From positions 46,680,427 to 46,744,426 of the forward strand of contig JARFYF010000001.1 of the NCBI GenBank assembly GCA_030265395.1: a stretch of 64,000 bases of DNA, in the 5' to 3' direction. Positions 40,501 through 55,500 of this stretch are shown here, in pieces. The notes beneath the pieces are model-generated. The model was given only the letters and a program-made list of their open reading frames with translations. It did not search any database and was not told the DNA's origin. Origin of the DNA: Rhina ancylostomus. Lineage: Eukaryota. A program made the translations under genes and the position numbers. Positions within the stretch are counted from its first letter, which is position 1. Each line of letters opens with the position of its first letter.

Positions 40501-43500
40501 CAGTTCTATCCATGATGTGCTGTTGGTCTCACGCATTTCAACTACGTAATTGTTTATTGGCACACCACCATCATTTTCAGGAGGCTCCCATGACAGCAAG
40601 ATATAATCAGACGAAATCTCTTCAAATTTAACAGGTCCTTTTGGTGGTCCAGGTATGTCATGAATCTGAACAGTGATGATGTCACTTACTTCACCGATTA
40701 TATTTACAGCTGTCAATGTAAATTTGCCACCGTCACTTCTCACGCATTCATTAATGTTGAGAATGGTTGAGTTTGCTGTATTTTCAATATTCACTCTCTG
40801 TGTTTGCTTCAAAATCTGGCCATCCTTTTTCCATGTGATTGTGGGATATGGTCGACCAAGGACTGGAACATCCACTTTGATATTATCTCCTGCCCTCGCA
40901 ATCACAAGCTTCTGATAAATGCCACGTAGATCAAATGCTGGAAGCATGGTTTGTTCTTTAACAAGAACTGGTCTGCTTTCTCGTGGATCACTCCTTCCAG
41001 CTGCATTAACTGCCATGACACGGAACGTATATTCATCATTTTCACTGAGATTCCTTGCAACGTAGTCTAATGTCTTTACAGTTGCCAGGGACAACCATTT
41101 TTCAGAATCTTTTTTCTGTGCCTCAAGTACATATCCTGTAATCTTGCTACCACCATCATGTTCTGGTTTTGGCCAAGCTAGACTAACAGTATTCTTTGTT
41201 ATGTCCATAATATGCAAACGCTCTGGAGCTGATGGGGCCTCAGATGCTCTTAAAGGATCAACAGTCTCAGCTGGTTCACCTATGCCATATTCATTCTCTG
41301 CCATTACTCTGAAGTAGTACTGACATCCTTCTGACAAATTGATGATCTTGAGTGAACATTTCTGACAATTAGTTGCAACGGTAGAGTATGCTTTACGTGT
41401 TGATTCACGTTTTTCTATAATGTAATTGGTTATTCTTGAACCACCATCGATCATTGGCATATCCCACTGCATTGTAATGCTATCTTTTGTTATTTCTTTG
41501 GCTCTGAGATTCATAGGTGGTCCTGGCGAATCAAGAACTTTCACATTTACAAAACCACTCTTTTTACCAGCGACATTTTCAAGACACATCGTATACTTTC
41601 CAGCATCATATCTAGTGCATTCTGGGATACGTAGGAATGTGTATGAATCTGTAGTTTCTACAGTGGCATGGCCTTTAACAGGGATGTCTCCTTTAAACCA
41701 CGTGACTTCAGGAGTTGGTCGCCCCTTGATTGGTACGAAAATGCGAATGGTTGCTCCAGCTCTGATAACAAGAGTTCTTCTTAACTCAGCATCTAACTCA
41801 AATTCAGGTCCTTCTTCACGTTCCTTAATTTCAATAACATCTTCAACTTGTGCAGGCTCACCAACACCCTCTGCATTGAGTGCACTAACTCTAAAGTTGT
41901 ATTTTTCTCCTGACTGAAGATTAGCAACAACAAATTCAGTTATTCGGAGTGCAGTGCCTGTTGTGTCTTTTACCCAGTTTTCATCTCCCTCTTTCTTGTG
42001 TTCAACTATATAGCCAATAATGTCAAGGCCACCATCGTAATGGGGTCTTCCCCAAGTCAAACTAGCAGTAGTCTTTGTTGTGTCAACCACTCTTGGGTTA
42101 GAAGGAGGTCCAGGTACATCTGTAAGAGAAAAATATTTAATTAGATTTAACAATGCCGAGATTCACGTAACAATCTTCCAAAACCGTTTAACAATAGTGA
42201 TGTAAATTTAATCCTTACATGCAACATCTTTTGTCAATACTGATTGTGATGGATCACTTGGTGGACCAAACCCTGCCTTATTCTCTGCGCTAACACGGAA
42301 TTCATACTCAGTTCCTTCATTGAGTCCAGTTACTTTATATCGTAGATCTGAGATTGGTTTCTTTGTTACTCTAATCCATCTGAGTCCTTTCTTCTCTTTG
42401 CGCTCCACAATGTACCCTGTGATTTCACTACCACCATCATTAGCTGGTCTCTTCCAGCCAATAGTAACTGTATTCTTGGTAACATTAGTCACTTCAGGTC
42501 TGCCAGGGGGACCAGGAGGACCTGAAAGAGGAATATCACAAAAGCAGTTTACATTTCTGTCAAGCCAAGTATATAAGATAAAAACAGTGCAAAGCTTCAA
42601 ACTTTAAAATAAATGGATTACCAAAACTATCCACCATCTTAACGGGTTCTGACTGTGCTGGCTCGCCAATTCCAAACTGATTTACAGCAGAGATGCGGAA
42701 GATATATTCATNNNNNNNNNNNNNNNNNNNNNNNNNNNNNNNNCAGCTTGGAACATCTTCAGCAACCAAAGTCCACAGAAGACGACTGGTTTCTCTCTTT
42801 TCAATTGTGTAAGATTTGACTGGAGAACCCCCATCTTCGGTTGGTGGTAACCAATTTAGGGTAACTTTTTCAGATGAAACATTGCTTAGTTCAATAGGTC
42901 CTGGAGGACCTGGAACATCCAACACTTTCACACGTACATTTTCTTCTTTGGTCCCGAATGGATTGCTTGCAGTGATAGTATATTCACCAGAATCTTTTCT
43001 GGTAGCATATTTAACGGACAGTGTTGAGGATGTTGGAGTTTCTTCAATGTAGACAATGTCAGAAACCTTGAAGTCTTTCCCACCCTTGGACCACACTGAT
43101 GTTGGTAGAGGTTTGCCAAGAATACTTGTAGCAGGAATTGTAATAGTATCACCAGCTTTAACTGTTAAGCCTTCTTTAACTGTTGGATCAATCACAATTG
43201 TTGGTGCCACTGCAGGGTAAAAAAAATAAAGAAGGGTATTAATAATACAAGTTTTTTCATATTTAATCATATGATCATGTAGGGTGAGAAGAGAAAATTA
43301 CGTACCATATTCATCCTGGCACATAATAGTTCCTGTTGTTTCAGATGGCAGACTAATTGCTCCTGCTGCATTCTTTGCCTTTATACGGAATTCATACTTA
43401 CAGCCCTCAGTAAGGTCATTAACAGTAAAAGCACATTCTTGAACGTTAACATGATTTGCTTTCATCCAGGTCTTTGAAGGCAGGTCACGTTTCTCAACAA

Positions 43501-46500
43501 TGTAGCCAATTAGTTTGTGACCTCCATCATATTTTGGTTCAGTCCAAATTAAGGTTACAGAGTTGCGGGTAACATTAATGACTTCAGGTTTTCCAGGAGG
43601 ATCTGAAAATAAACATTTTAGATGTCAGATGATGATTTTGACATGTATAATATGGAATAATAAATGAGCAACTGTACACTAGCTTTCACCTACCAATTGG
43701 ATCAAGAGTAGTTACAGGATGTGATGGTCCACTTGGTTTGCCAATACCAGCCAAGTTAATTGCCATAACTCTAAATTCATATTCAAGACCTTCAGTCAGG
43801 CCTGGGACTCTAAGATCCTTCATTCTTAATGGCGCCTTACTTGCTCGCTTCCAAAGGAGACTGTTTCTTTCCTTATACTCCACATGATAGCCTGTTGCAA
43901 AAAAAAACTGTTATAAAATTCTGTGTGTTTAACTATTGGTGTAAAGGAAGATATTTATTCCTTGTACCTGTGATAGGGGATCCACCAGTCCTCTTTGGAT
44001 CCAACCATGTCAGGGAGACAGAGTCATGTCTGACTGCAACTATTTCTGGCGGCAAAGGAGCATCAGGCACATCTTGGGGAAGGGGAAAGAGAAAGAGAAA
44101 CATTAATCAGCTTTAAAATAAATATTGCACCCTAATCAAAATTTAGTTGCAAAATTGATTGACGCTTACCAAATGGATGCCTGGCTATGACAGGATCTGA
44201 TTTTAATCCTTCGCCCACTCCATATTTATTTTCAGCACTGACTTTAAACATATATTCTGTTCCTTCATGAAGCCTTGTAACTTTGAATGTTGTTTTTTGT
44301 ACAGCAGAGGCACATGTTACCCATTTATTGGTGACGTTATCCCGCTTTTCCAAAATATAATTTGTTATTTCTGAGCCACCATCATCCTTCGGGGGGCCCC
44401 AGCTTAAAGTAATTGCATCTGCTGTCACTTCGTTGAAACGTAGTGGTGCAGTTGGTATTCCAGGTTTTCCAACTACTTTCACGAATATTGAAGCTTCTTT
44501 TGTGCCAGCAGAATTCTTCAAGTTAATTGTGTATTTTCCAGCATCGTTCTTTTGACATTCTCGAACTGCAAGAGTTGTATTAATTGCTGAGGATTCCACA
44601 GATATTCTTCCACTTTCTTGCAGCTGGTCTTCACCTTTCCTCCATGTTACTTTTGGTGTAGGTTTGCCACTGATTGGAATCTTTATACGGATATTACTTC
44701 CCTCTTTGGCAATGTATGTTAGGTCAGGAATGTCTCTTAGATCAATATTTGGTGGAACTATCAAAAAACAAATATGATTTAGTTCAGAAAATTCAAATTT
44801 CAATTTTTACAATTAGATTTAGAAACCATTTTTGTTTATTATTGATTGCCCAAACTGTTTTTTTTAATGGTAAAATCTTAAGACAAATTAAGAATTAACT
44901 TAACCTAGGTTCATGTATTTGGTTAAACAATTTCAAAAATATTATTTTTATAGTTAATGTCCAACACTAGCAATTATTAGAAGCACAGAGAAAATACGTT
45001 ATATATTTGACTTGTGTCAGCTTAATTATGGGGCAAATGTAATTTATTAAGCTTTGGAACTTTCTCAGCAATAATGGAAACAAATGTATCTTCTACAACA
45101 GCAACAGGAGTAGCTCATATAACTGTTTAAAGAGATTCAACTAGATCTCCACCAATTAGTACCTCACTTCCATTTACCTAATTTTGATCCATTTCACTTG
45201 ATGTCCATTTTTATACCTCTTAATTTAACTCAGCATTAGCTTATTTCTAAATGTAAGATTGCAAACCTTTGCTTCAATTTCTCCACCAGAAAAAATGTCT
45301 GGATCCATTCTGCTGAATCCATTCATCATTTCAACTATCAACTAAATTACCCACAACTTAAACACAGATTAATATATCACAAATTCATATAATGTGTTTC
45401 CATAATTTAACACACTGTTTTGAATTCATTCTGCTAAATCTGCTCTATACTCCCTCCTTCCTAAGGTGTGGTCCCCTGAGCTCAGTGCAATACACTTGAT
45501 GAGGTCTGGCCAAACCTCTATACAACTAAAGCACAACTTTCTCTCTCTCTGTTCCAATCCTTCTCAACATTCAACTAGGTTTTAGTGTTTTATGAATCTG
45601 GACATCCAAATCCATTTGAGATAGTCCTAGTCCCTTGCCATAAAAAAATATTTTATTTGTTTTTCTTTACTGTCGTTTTGCTATCTTGTTCAGAATGGTA
45701 TAAAATTATTTCTGGTACTCCGTAAAAATAATATCGATAGAGTAGTCAGATATGACATTACATTGAATCTACTGGTGATGAGGTTCCCAACTAAAATCAA
45801 AATATCTTATCTGAATATTGTGGTTTTAGTTTAAACATGTTGTTTGTCAATTAGATTATCTCATTGGGCCAAATCATCCAACAAGACAACTGCCCATGAC
45901 TTCTACATAGTTTGAAATATGCACTGCTGCTTGAACTTCAATGAACCTCAGTTGGCCCTTTGGCAAACTCTGCACCATTTGTCGATCATCTGTGCATGGG
46001 GGGAGGCTGCATAACAAATTTCAGCATGCAGCGATTATGTACACTGATTTGTCCTCCAAGGTGACTGACAGAGAAACACTTGAAGTTTCTTGGTTGTGTT
46101 TTGTCTCGGCATGGAGAGTGGCCTCATAATCACCTACCAACACCAAATTGGGCACAGCTGATAAATGTCATCAAGGCATTTCATGTCAAACAGCTGAGAG
46201 GAAGGATATATTTTTTAAAAAAGAATAAATTATATCAGCAGCCTGTTTTACCCTCTTTTATCCTCATCAATACTCTCCCCTGACTATATAAACAATGTTC
46301 AGTGCTATATTCTTTCCATATCCATTGCCTCAAGATTCCCCTGCAGACAAGATCCCAACTCTCATCTCTCCTCCCATTCCAGACTCCATTCCCTTCCCTA
46401 CCTAGGAATCCTTTCCAATCCCAAATCCCAGATTGAGCCAAATGCACTGTTCGTTCCCAGGGTCTCACTCATTCAGTGGCCTCTCACCAAACAGGAATCC

Positions 46501-49500
46501 AGATGTAGCAAAAAATTTTGGTACAACATGGATTGCTGGAAGAGAAGGTTTCTTGTACATACCATGGAACTAAGCTCCCAGGTGCTGGTGAGGGAATGGC
46601 AAGAATCCCTTTTTCCCAGTGAGTGGTGGTTTGGTGAAATACTCCCCATTTTTTTTGTTTTTTGGGAACTTGTTCAAAATCCAGGTAGTCCATGGCAGTG
46701 ATTCACAATTTTTATATTGCTAATTGCTCTTTTGCAGGTTGTAGTAGTCATGGTATCAAATGGTAGAGTGCCTCAGTTAGCATAGCAAACATCTAACAGT
46801 CATAAATGTTGGTGTTCTATTTCCATTTGGGCATGAGGACACAACCTATGTAATATTGCTGAGATCTTATGGTGAAGTTCCATCAATTTCCTTAAGTGGT
46901 TCAAGTGCATGCAAGATTCCACTGCATTATTTGACAAAGAGAATTTTCCCCAAATCCTAGAAAATATTCCTTCTTCATTGAAAAAATATAAAGGTTGTTT
47001 ATCTCAGCTCCTGCGTTTTTTTGCATATGTTTACAAGATCACACATATAATTTACTGGCTATGAAACACTTTAAATCATTCTGAGGAATATGTTAGCATG
47101 TCACTGTTTTTATTCCAGGATAAGCTATAAACATCAGTGAACTGATTGTGAAAAGTATATCATGTTGAAGTAAATAGTATCAACATTTCTTCCTCAATAT
47201 TGCTTATGCATCTCATTTCTAGTACCGCCACATTTACCTACATGACAGTAAATTTCCTCAGGGGCATACTATTGTAGTAGACTGAAAAATACTCACCAAC
47301 TTGATCCTTTGCCACAATTGTAATTTCACATGGTACACTGTATCCTGTATCATTCTGTGCTCTTACTCTAAATGTGTATTCTTTTCCTTCTTTCAGATCA
47401 GGAGCTGTAAATTGCATATTCTTGGACCTCATTAATTCACACCATGTGTCCCCTTCAAGCATCTTTTCAACAACATAACCAGTAATTCGGCTTCCACCAT
47501 CGCTGATGGGTTTCTTCCACACCAAAGTGCATGATGCCTTAGATACAGCTGCAGCTTTCAAATCTATCACTGGCCCAGGCTCCTCTGTAATAAGAAAATG
47601 TGTCATCTTAGTGAAAAAGAACTACAATATTAAGTTTTCTGTTTTACGTTCTGAAAAATAATTAGGTTAAACTATGAAGGTATAACTTTTAATTCCTTAC
47701 CTGAAGCTTTCACAGCATCTTTTGTCTCACATGGCTCACCAATGCCATACTCATTTTCAGCCAGAACTCTGAAGTAGTAATGTTTACTTTCTTCCAAGTT
47801 GATAACTCTGAAACTTGTCTTGGAACATTCAGTTGCTACAGTTGACCATGCCTTTCTTTCAGCATCTCGTTTCTCTACAATGTAATTTTTAACTGGACTG
47901 CCACCATTAATAAGAGGAGGATCCCAGGATATAACAGCATGATTTTTAGCTGTTTCCTTAACAATAAGATTAATGGGTGGACCAGGAGTGTCTAATTAAA
48001 AAGTAAAAATAAGTAAATAGTTGTCTGATTGAATAAAACAATTGGAATCAATTAGCTTTAAACTAATAAAATATTACTTTTTATTAAATAATTAACAACT
48101 TACCAAGAACCTTTACCATAATTGTATATGCCTTCACTCCACTGCTATTTTCTAAAGTTAAGATGTATTTTCCAGCATCATATTTATTCACATTCTCACA
48201 GTACAACAGCGTGTCATAATCTGAAGTTCTGATTTCAAGTCCTTGTCTATCCTTGATGTTGGCATCCATTTTAGACCAAGTAATCTTTGGTGAAGGTCGA
48301 CCTCTCACTGGCACATAGATTCTCATTGTGACACCAGCACGCAGAACAAGTACCTTCCTTAAGTCAGCATCAAGATCTGCTTCAGGAGCAACTGTTCAGA
48401 AAAATAAATAAAATCACTATTAAAATATTTAGTATGTGTATCATAATGCTGTGCACCTAACAGAGCACAGAATCAGAGTCAAATGCTTCTTCATCCTGTT
48501 ACACTACACAAAACTCTTTGGAGCTCTCTTCATCAAGGGTGTTAAAACAGAGTCTTTCAATATTTTTAAGGCAGTCGTAGTTAGAGTCTTGATAAGCAAG
48601 GTACAAAAGATCACAGGGATAGGCAAGAATAAAGGGTTGAGGTTACAATCAGAGCAGCCATGATTTTATACATGATGGAACAGATATGAGGGGCTGAGTA
48701 ACCTACTCCTGCTTTTAATTCATTTGTTTGCATATTTGCTCTTTCCCATGCCACTCCCCATGCATTATGCTCAGGAATGGTTCTGATAGCTTCCCATTCA
48801 TCCTTTCCTGTAGTTCTCCCTTGTGCAGCAACTCTGGTCCCAGGTATATAAAATAAAAGGAAAAGATAGCAAGAGGGCACAAGAGAGGTGGCGATATTAA
48901 CCATGAAACACAAAGGAGATAGTGACAGAAACCTAGACAGATTAAAAGAATGGATGTGCAGAATTTAAATTACTCTGTCAGATACTCTGTCAGACCATGA
49001 ACATTTAAAATGCTTGGGTGAAATTCCCCTCTCCATTAACCTAAATATTTGATATAGGCTAACGGGCAAAATCTTGTTGGATGCAGTCCACACTTTGCAT
49101 TCAATTGTCATAGATGCCCAAGATTACAGTTAACTTTTGTGATCATGAAGCTCCTAGTTTTATGCTTCCCTTTCTGCTGCATCTATCCTGCGAGGGAAGC
49201 AATTTCCAAGATGGAGTGATAGACCTGGGCAGTGGAAAGTAATTCCCCACCTATGGATTGCCCTGAAAACAGCTCATATTGTCAGAAGATCTGTCTGTCA
49301 GAAGACCTATTTCACAATTTTTAATGTTGGAAATAGGGGTCAGGTCAGCAATAATGAGAAAGCAGTTAAATAATAAATAATAAAAACACTTAGAATATTT
49401 GTATAAGGTAAAATAAAAAAGGAAACCATTTCAGAATCAGTATCAATTATTATCACCATCTTATAGGACATGAAATTCAAACTTTTTTCATTCAAATGAA

Positions 49501-52500
49501 TGAGGCTGCGCTAATGTACCAGGTATGGCTAGTGTAAAGCTGAGAATCCAGATACAAGGTGTACATAGCTCTTCAGCTCAGTTTGCTGCAGAACACCCAT
49601 AGATTTAATGCTGAGTCCAGGGGCTCAGCAATAGGTCAGATATATCAAAAGGTCTGGGGTATTTTATGAGATAATATTTAATTTCCAGCATGCGAGTTAT
49701 GAAACTTACTCAATATGTCTTTGGCTGTATGTTTTTCAGGCACGTCACTTGGATCACTGAAGCCTATTTTGTTAACTGCGCTTACACGGAACTGATATTC
49801 AGTTCCTTCACATAGTCCGGTTACAGTATAGTGTGTATTATGGAGGGCCTTTGGTATATTGCATTTTATCCAGTTTTCACCATCAGCACGTTTAACTTCA
49901 ACTAGATATCCCAAGATTGGACTGCCACCATCATATGCTGGTTTACTCCATGACAAGCTGATAGTACTATGAGTTGTATCAACCACTTTCGGGAAAGCAG
50001 GAGGTCCTGGAGGATCTAAATGAAAATAAAATAATTTGCATGAAAAAAAATGGTTAAAACTAAAAGACTATAATACAATATGTATATACACACGATCATA
50101 TAGCTGCTTACACTGAGGATCAAAAGCAATTGCTGCTTTTGAAGAATCACTGGGTTTGCCTGGTCCAGCTTTATTCAAAGCAATAACTCGGTACTCATAC
50201 TCAGTTCCTTCCTGAAGTCCTGTAGCTTTGACTGTTCTTTCCAATACTGGCTTTCTATTGACTTTTGACCAATTTACAGCACTTGCCTCACGTTTCTCCA
50301 GCAAATATCCAGTCACAGGAGAGCCACCATCATCTGATGGGGCTTTCCAGCTAACAGTCATATGATCTTTTGTGATGTTGCTAATTATTGGAGGATCACA
50401 TGGTCCAGGTACATCTGCAAAGAATACAGAGTAAGTATTAAATATATTTTAAATATTATAGAAATTAAAATCAAAAATAGCTACAAAGCCAATAAGTTTT
50501 ATTTACCATATGGATTTTTAGCGACAACTGAATTCGTCATTATTGGGTCACCAATGCCATACTTGTTTTCAGCACTGACACGGAACTGGTATTCATGTCC
50601 TTCAATCAGTTTTTCTACACCACACTTTGTAAATTGTAAATTAGCAGTAACTTGAGCCCAATTAGGACGGCTTGTCTCACGTTTATCAACAATGTAGTTT
50701 GTAATCTCAGCACCGCCATCCTCAAGAGGAGGTTCCCAGTTCAGAGTAACACGATCTGAATAAACATTGCTAATTTTGATAGAAGCTGGTGGGCCAGGTT
50801 TATCTATATTAAAGAGAACAGAAAATAAGATGCATTAACATTTTAGAAAAACATTTTTTACTTGAACAGGTCCATTCCTTTAAAAGCCTTGTTTTCCTCT
50901 TTTATCCATTAACCTCAAGGAAAAATATTATGTTGTTTCATTACCTTCTCAAGGAATAATGTTTATATTATTTCATTAAATATAGATGATATCTGCATAC
51001 ATATTTTATAAAGCAACTGCACAATTAACAATAGATTCATATATATGTTATATAAAGTATTATAATTTTTTTTACCGAGTACTTTAACTTTCACATTGGC
51101 TGACTTGGATCCACTCTCGTTTTCTGCAACAATTGTGTACTCTCCAGTTTCTTTCCTTTGGACACTAAATAATTCAAGTGTGCACAGATTCCTTACTCTG
51201 GCTATCTTAATGCCTTCAGCAGATGTTATTATCTTGCCATCTTTCGTCCATGTGATCTTTGGAAAAGGCTTTCCAAAGACATTAGCATCTAAACAAACAT
51301 TGGATCCAGCCCTTGCAGTGACCAGAGACTTCATGGACACACCCAAATCAATTTTTGGTGCAACTGTAAATTGAACAAAGCATTAGTGTGAATATTTTCT
51401 TCTATTTATCCATTAATATATTTTAATGTCTTATATTGCAACATCAAAAATGACAATCAAATAAAATATATGGTAAAGTGATATTAATTTGTTACCATGC
51501 TCTGCCAGGATGATCACTGGGTCTGAAAGTTCAGATGGCTTGCTTATATTAACTGCAGTCTTTGCAATAACCCTGAATTGATACTGGGCACCTTCTTCAA
51601 GACTGGTAACAGTGAATTCCTCATGAGGTACATTTAGGCAGTTGGTATTGCACCGTATCCACTTATCACCAGGTAGTTTACAGGCTTCAACGTAATACCC
51701 GATTAGTTTGCTCCCACCATCATGTTTTGGTCTTGCCCATATGAGAGATACAGAATTATTTGTCACATCAACAGGTTCAGGTTTGCCTGGTGGATCTGTT
51801 TCAGAACATCAATAGATGCTTGTTACATACAAATGCAATAATATTTAAGTTGCTTTATGAAATTAATTCAATAACTGGTTTCAAATTTTTGGGAATACTT
51901 ACCAACAGGCATCCTGGCTGTTTCAAACTCAGTTGGCTTACTAGGTTTGCTAGATCCTGCTCTGTTCAGTGCACTGACTCTGAAGGTATATTCTAGTCCT
52001 TCAATTAACCCTGAACATGGGTACTCAGTAGTACGGACAGAAGTGTCATTTGCCTTTACCCAAAGAAGACTATTTCTTTCTTTACGCTCAATAATATATC
52101 CAGTAATGGGACTACCACCATCACTTTCTGGTCTATCCCATGAGACAAACATGCAATCCTTGTTCGCCTTCGTGATATGTGCATTCCTTGGTTCACTTGG
52201 AACATCTGTGGACAAAAATAAACATTAATTATGGTCATCTCAAAAACAAGATTTTGAGACCTTAAGAAAATATGTAACTTCATAACTTACCAAATTGGTA
52301 TTTTGCAATCATTTTATCAGAGGTAAGAGGTTCTGAAACACCAAATCTGTTTTCTGCACGGACACGGAACATGTACTCATTGCCAGGGGTAAGTTTACCA
52401 ATTCTACAGTTCGTTTTAGTTACAGAAGCTACGACAGTAACCCAGTCACCACGGCTCAAATCACATTTCTCAACAACATAGTTTGTTATGTTGCTGCCAC

Positions 52501-55500
52501 CATCTTCAAATGGAATGTGCCAATTAAGACTGCATGCATCAGCATCAATTTCTGAAATGTCAAATGGAGGTTGTGGAGGTCCGGGAATATCTGAAAAAAA
52601 TACATCAAAAAAGATTCATTAACATTGCTTTTGTATAAACCAATTAATAGAAACTGATTTACTCAGCTCAAGCAAATTCAAAGCATTATGCATTTATAAA
52701 AGCAAGTATACAAACCCATTATCACTACTCGGATTTTCTGGGTGGTGATGCCAGAGCTATTTTCTGCAGAAAGACTGTAGAAGCCACTATCTTTCCTGGT
52801 AACGTCTTTGATGATGAGTACAGAAGTGTTCTTTGTCTTATGCACAACAAGCCGGCTGGATGGATCCACAACTTCTTCATTTTTCATCCACTTGCAAGTT
52901 GGTGCAGGCTTGCCAGCTACATGAGCCTCAATTCTGAGTTTCTGTCCAGCTTTGATGGTTATAAATTCCGGCATGATAATCTTTGGTGCCACTATTAGGA
53001 AAACATAGCATTAGTATTATCGTAATGCAAGAAAGGAAACCTTTGTTACTATTTTCCTAGCATGTGCTGCCAGCAGAGGATCCTAATCTTCAAAGAATTA
53101 CAGTTAAGACCCATAGTTAGGCGACATACTACAAATAAGGCATTAACCTCACGTAGGTTGCGCCTCATGATAATTGCAATGTGCTAACGTTGTGTAATTT
53201 GAAAGCCTCCTTCACAATGTTATTTTTTCCAAAAGTTTGTTTCAATTTTGATATTTTATTCATGAAGAAATATTTCCTGTTTACTTACTCAGTTGTTCTT
53301 TAATTTCAAAAAGTCCTTCAGTTTCTCTGGGCAAGCTGACCCCTACTATATTCCTAGCTGCAACTCTGAATTTGTATTTGATTCCTTCCTTTAGGCCTGT
53401 TACAAGAATATTGAGATCCTAGATTGTGGAGTATTGTGTCCAGTGTTTCTCAGATTCACCTTCTTTCTGGTATTCAATGATATAACCATCAATTTTAGCA
53501 CCTCCATCCCTTATAGGTGGTAACCATGCCAGTGAAGCACTATTCTTTGTTATATCAACAACATCCAATTTCTTGGGTGGATCTGGTTCACCTAAAAATC
53601 AAATTACAAAATTATTTTGAGACTAAATGATAAAACAATCTACAAAAAAAAATGATGAAAAAATTCTGGCAAAGCCCAGTTGTTTTTTCTTAGATTAATA
53701 AGAAAATACAAACATATTATACTTACTGACTGGATCCCTTGCTAATATTGATTTGGGAATGTCTTTTGGAACCCCAGGACCATATTGATTGACAGCAGTT
53801 ACTCTGAAGTAGTACTCGGTTCCAGGTGCTAAACCAATCACTTTGAAACTAGTTTTTTTCAAATCTTGTATCACTCTGCCCCAGGATTTCCTGTCTGCTT
53901 CACGCTTCTCCAAAATATAGTGAGTTACTGGACTACCGCCATCATTTTCAGGTAGTGACCATGACAACTGGCATCCTGTTTTTGTAACATCTGAAGCATC
54001 AAAGTCTGAGACAGGACCCGGTGTATCTGGAATTGAGAAAAAAAATCATCAATGTCAATCAACAAAAAAAACCAAAATCATAGAACATCACAGGACACCA
54101 TTAAGCCCATCAAGTCTGTGCTGTGAAGTCAGAGCAATTTAGTTAATCTCACTCAACTCTTCTCCCGTTTCCCTGAAATAATTTTCTTCTTCATCTAATT
54201 CTATTTTGAAAGCCGCCATTGCATTTGTTTCCACTATTAAGCAGTACATTTCAAATCCTAACCACTTGTAGAACATAAAAAGCTTTTCTCTTGTTGCTTT
54301 TTCTTGTTAATCACTTCAATGTGTGCCTTCAAGTGTTTATCTATTGTAAATAAGTTTGTTTGTTTGTAAGTTTGTTTTTATTTACTCTATCTGAATCCTT
54401 CCAGACATTAAGCTTTCTCAGTCTTCTCTGCCCTAATTGCAAAATGACTGCAATAAGCAACATCTACAAAATGCACTGCAATTACTTATCTCAGCAATTC
54501 CAACAGAACCTCCCAAATTTGTGACCTCTACCACTACGACAGATGAGAACATTGCCACCTGCTGATTCCCCTCTAATTCACACATCATCCTGACTCGGGA
54601 ACGTGTCCTTCGTCATTACTGGGTCTAAATCCTGAAACTCTGCTCAACAGCGTTGTAGGAGTATCTTCAACAAGAGGCCTGCAGTGGTTCAAGAAGATGG
54701 CTCACCAGCACTTTCTCAAGGGCAGTTGGAGATGGACTATAAGTAGCAGTAGCCTTGTCAGCAATATCCACATCCCAATAAAAACAAAATCCAGTCAATG
54801 CAAATTCTTGTGCTTTTTTTTCTGTACTCTTTCCTAAATCATCCAATGCTATCTGAGGTGTGGTATCTAGAATTGGATGCATTATTTGAGCCAATGCCAA
54901 ATTAGTGCTTTTATGGGTTTTGCATAACTTCTTGCCTTTTTTGCTTTGTTCTGGGGACAAATTAAAATTTACCTAGAAATTCTAGCACATACGTACATTT
55001 GAGTGTGCCTGAAGGCCACGGAAACAAAGTTTAGTTGTTAGTCCAATTCATAAATCTACAGTTCTACCTATAGCTAAAGGCCTTCTTTCCTGAGGCTGTG
55101 CTTGGGAGATGGTTGTCCACTAGCCCAAACCGATACAACAGAAGGAAGAGATGGGGTGAATATGGGCTGGGGGTGGTGGAGTGCAACAGCATTTGAAGCT
55201 GCAGTATGGGGGGGGGTGGGGTGGGGAAAAGAAGTGGCAAGAGGAAATCAGGAATAGCTAGCAGGGTTTTGCAGGGTCAGGAAGGGCTAGCACCTTGTTG
55301 TGCATGGGGTAGAGGGAGAGGTAGTACACGGAATAGTGAATTTTGGAGCGGGAAGGGCCTCAATTTGTATGGTGGCATCCTTTGGTTGACCATGAGTTTC
55401 AGTAAGGTTGCTGGGAAGGCTTTCCATTTTGCTGTGGAAACCTCCAAGAGTTTATATATGCACTTCATTAAGCTTGCAAGCCTTCCAGTCTGGCACTGCA

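Noticed and set aside
25148-41917. Dozens of + strand ORFs of 60-200 aa that recur periodically
   Set aside because: Shadow ORFs of the titin reading frame; their recurrence simply mirrors the super-repeat
24790-42153. 5,787-aa ORF as a standalone single-exon gene
   Set aside because: Its ends are intronic read-through; clear splice sites lie at 42119 and 24903
46235-46693. Pyrimidine-rich block with a tatataaa motif and short ORFs in intron 319
   Set aside because: Probably decayed repeat sequence; a lone TATA-like motif does not support a promoter
55160-55230. G-run cluster (G9-T-G4-T-G4) with G-quadruplex potential
   Set aside because: Lies inside an apparent transposon-derived block and is C-rich on the titin pre-mRNA; no evidence of function
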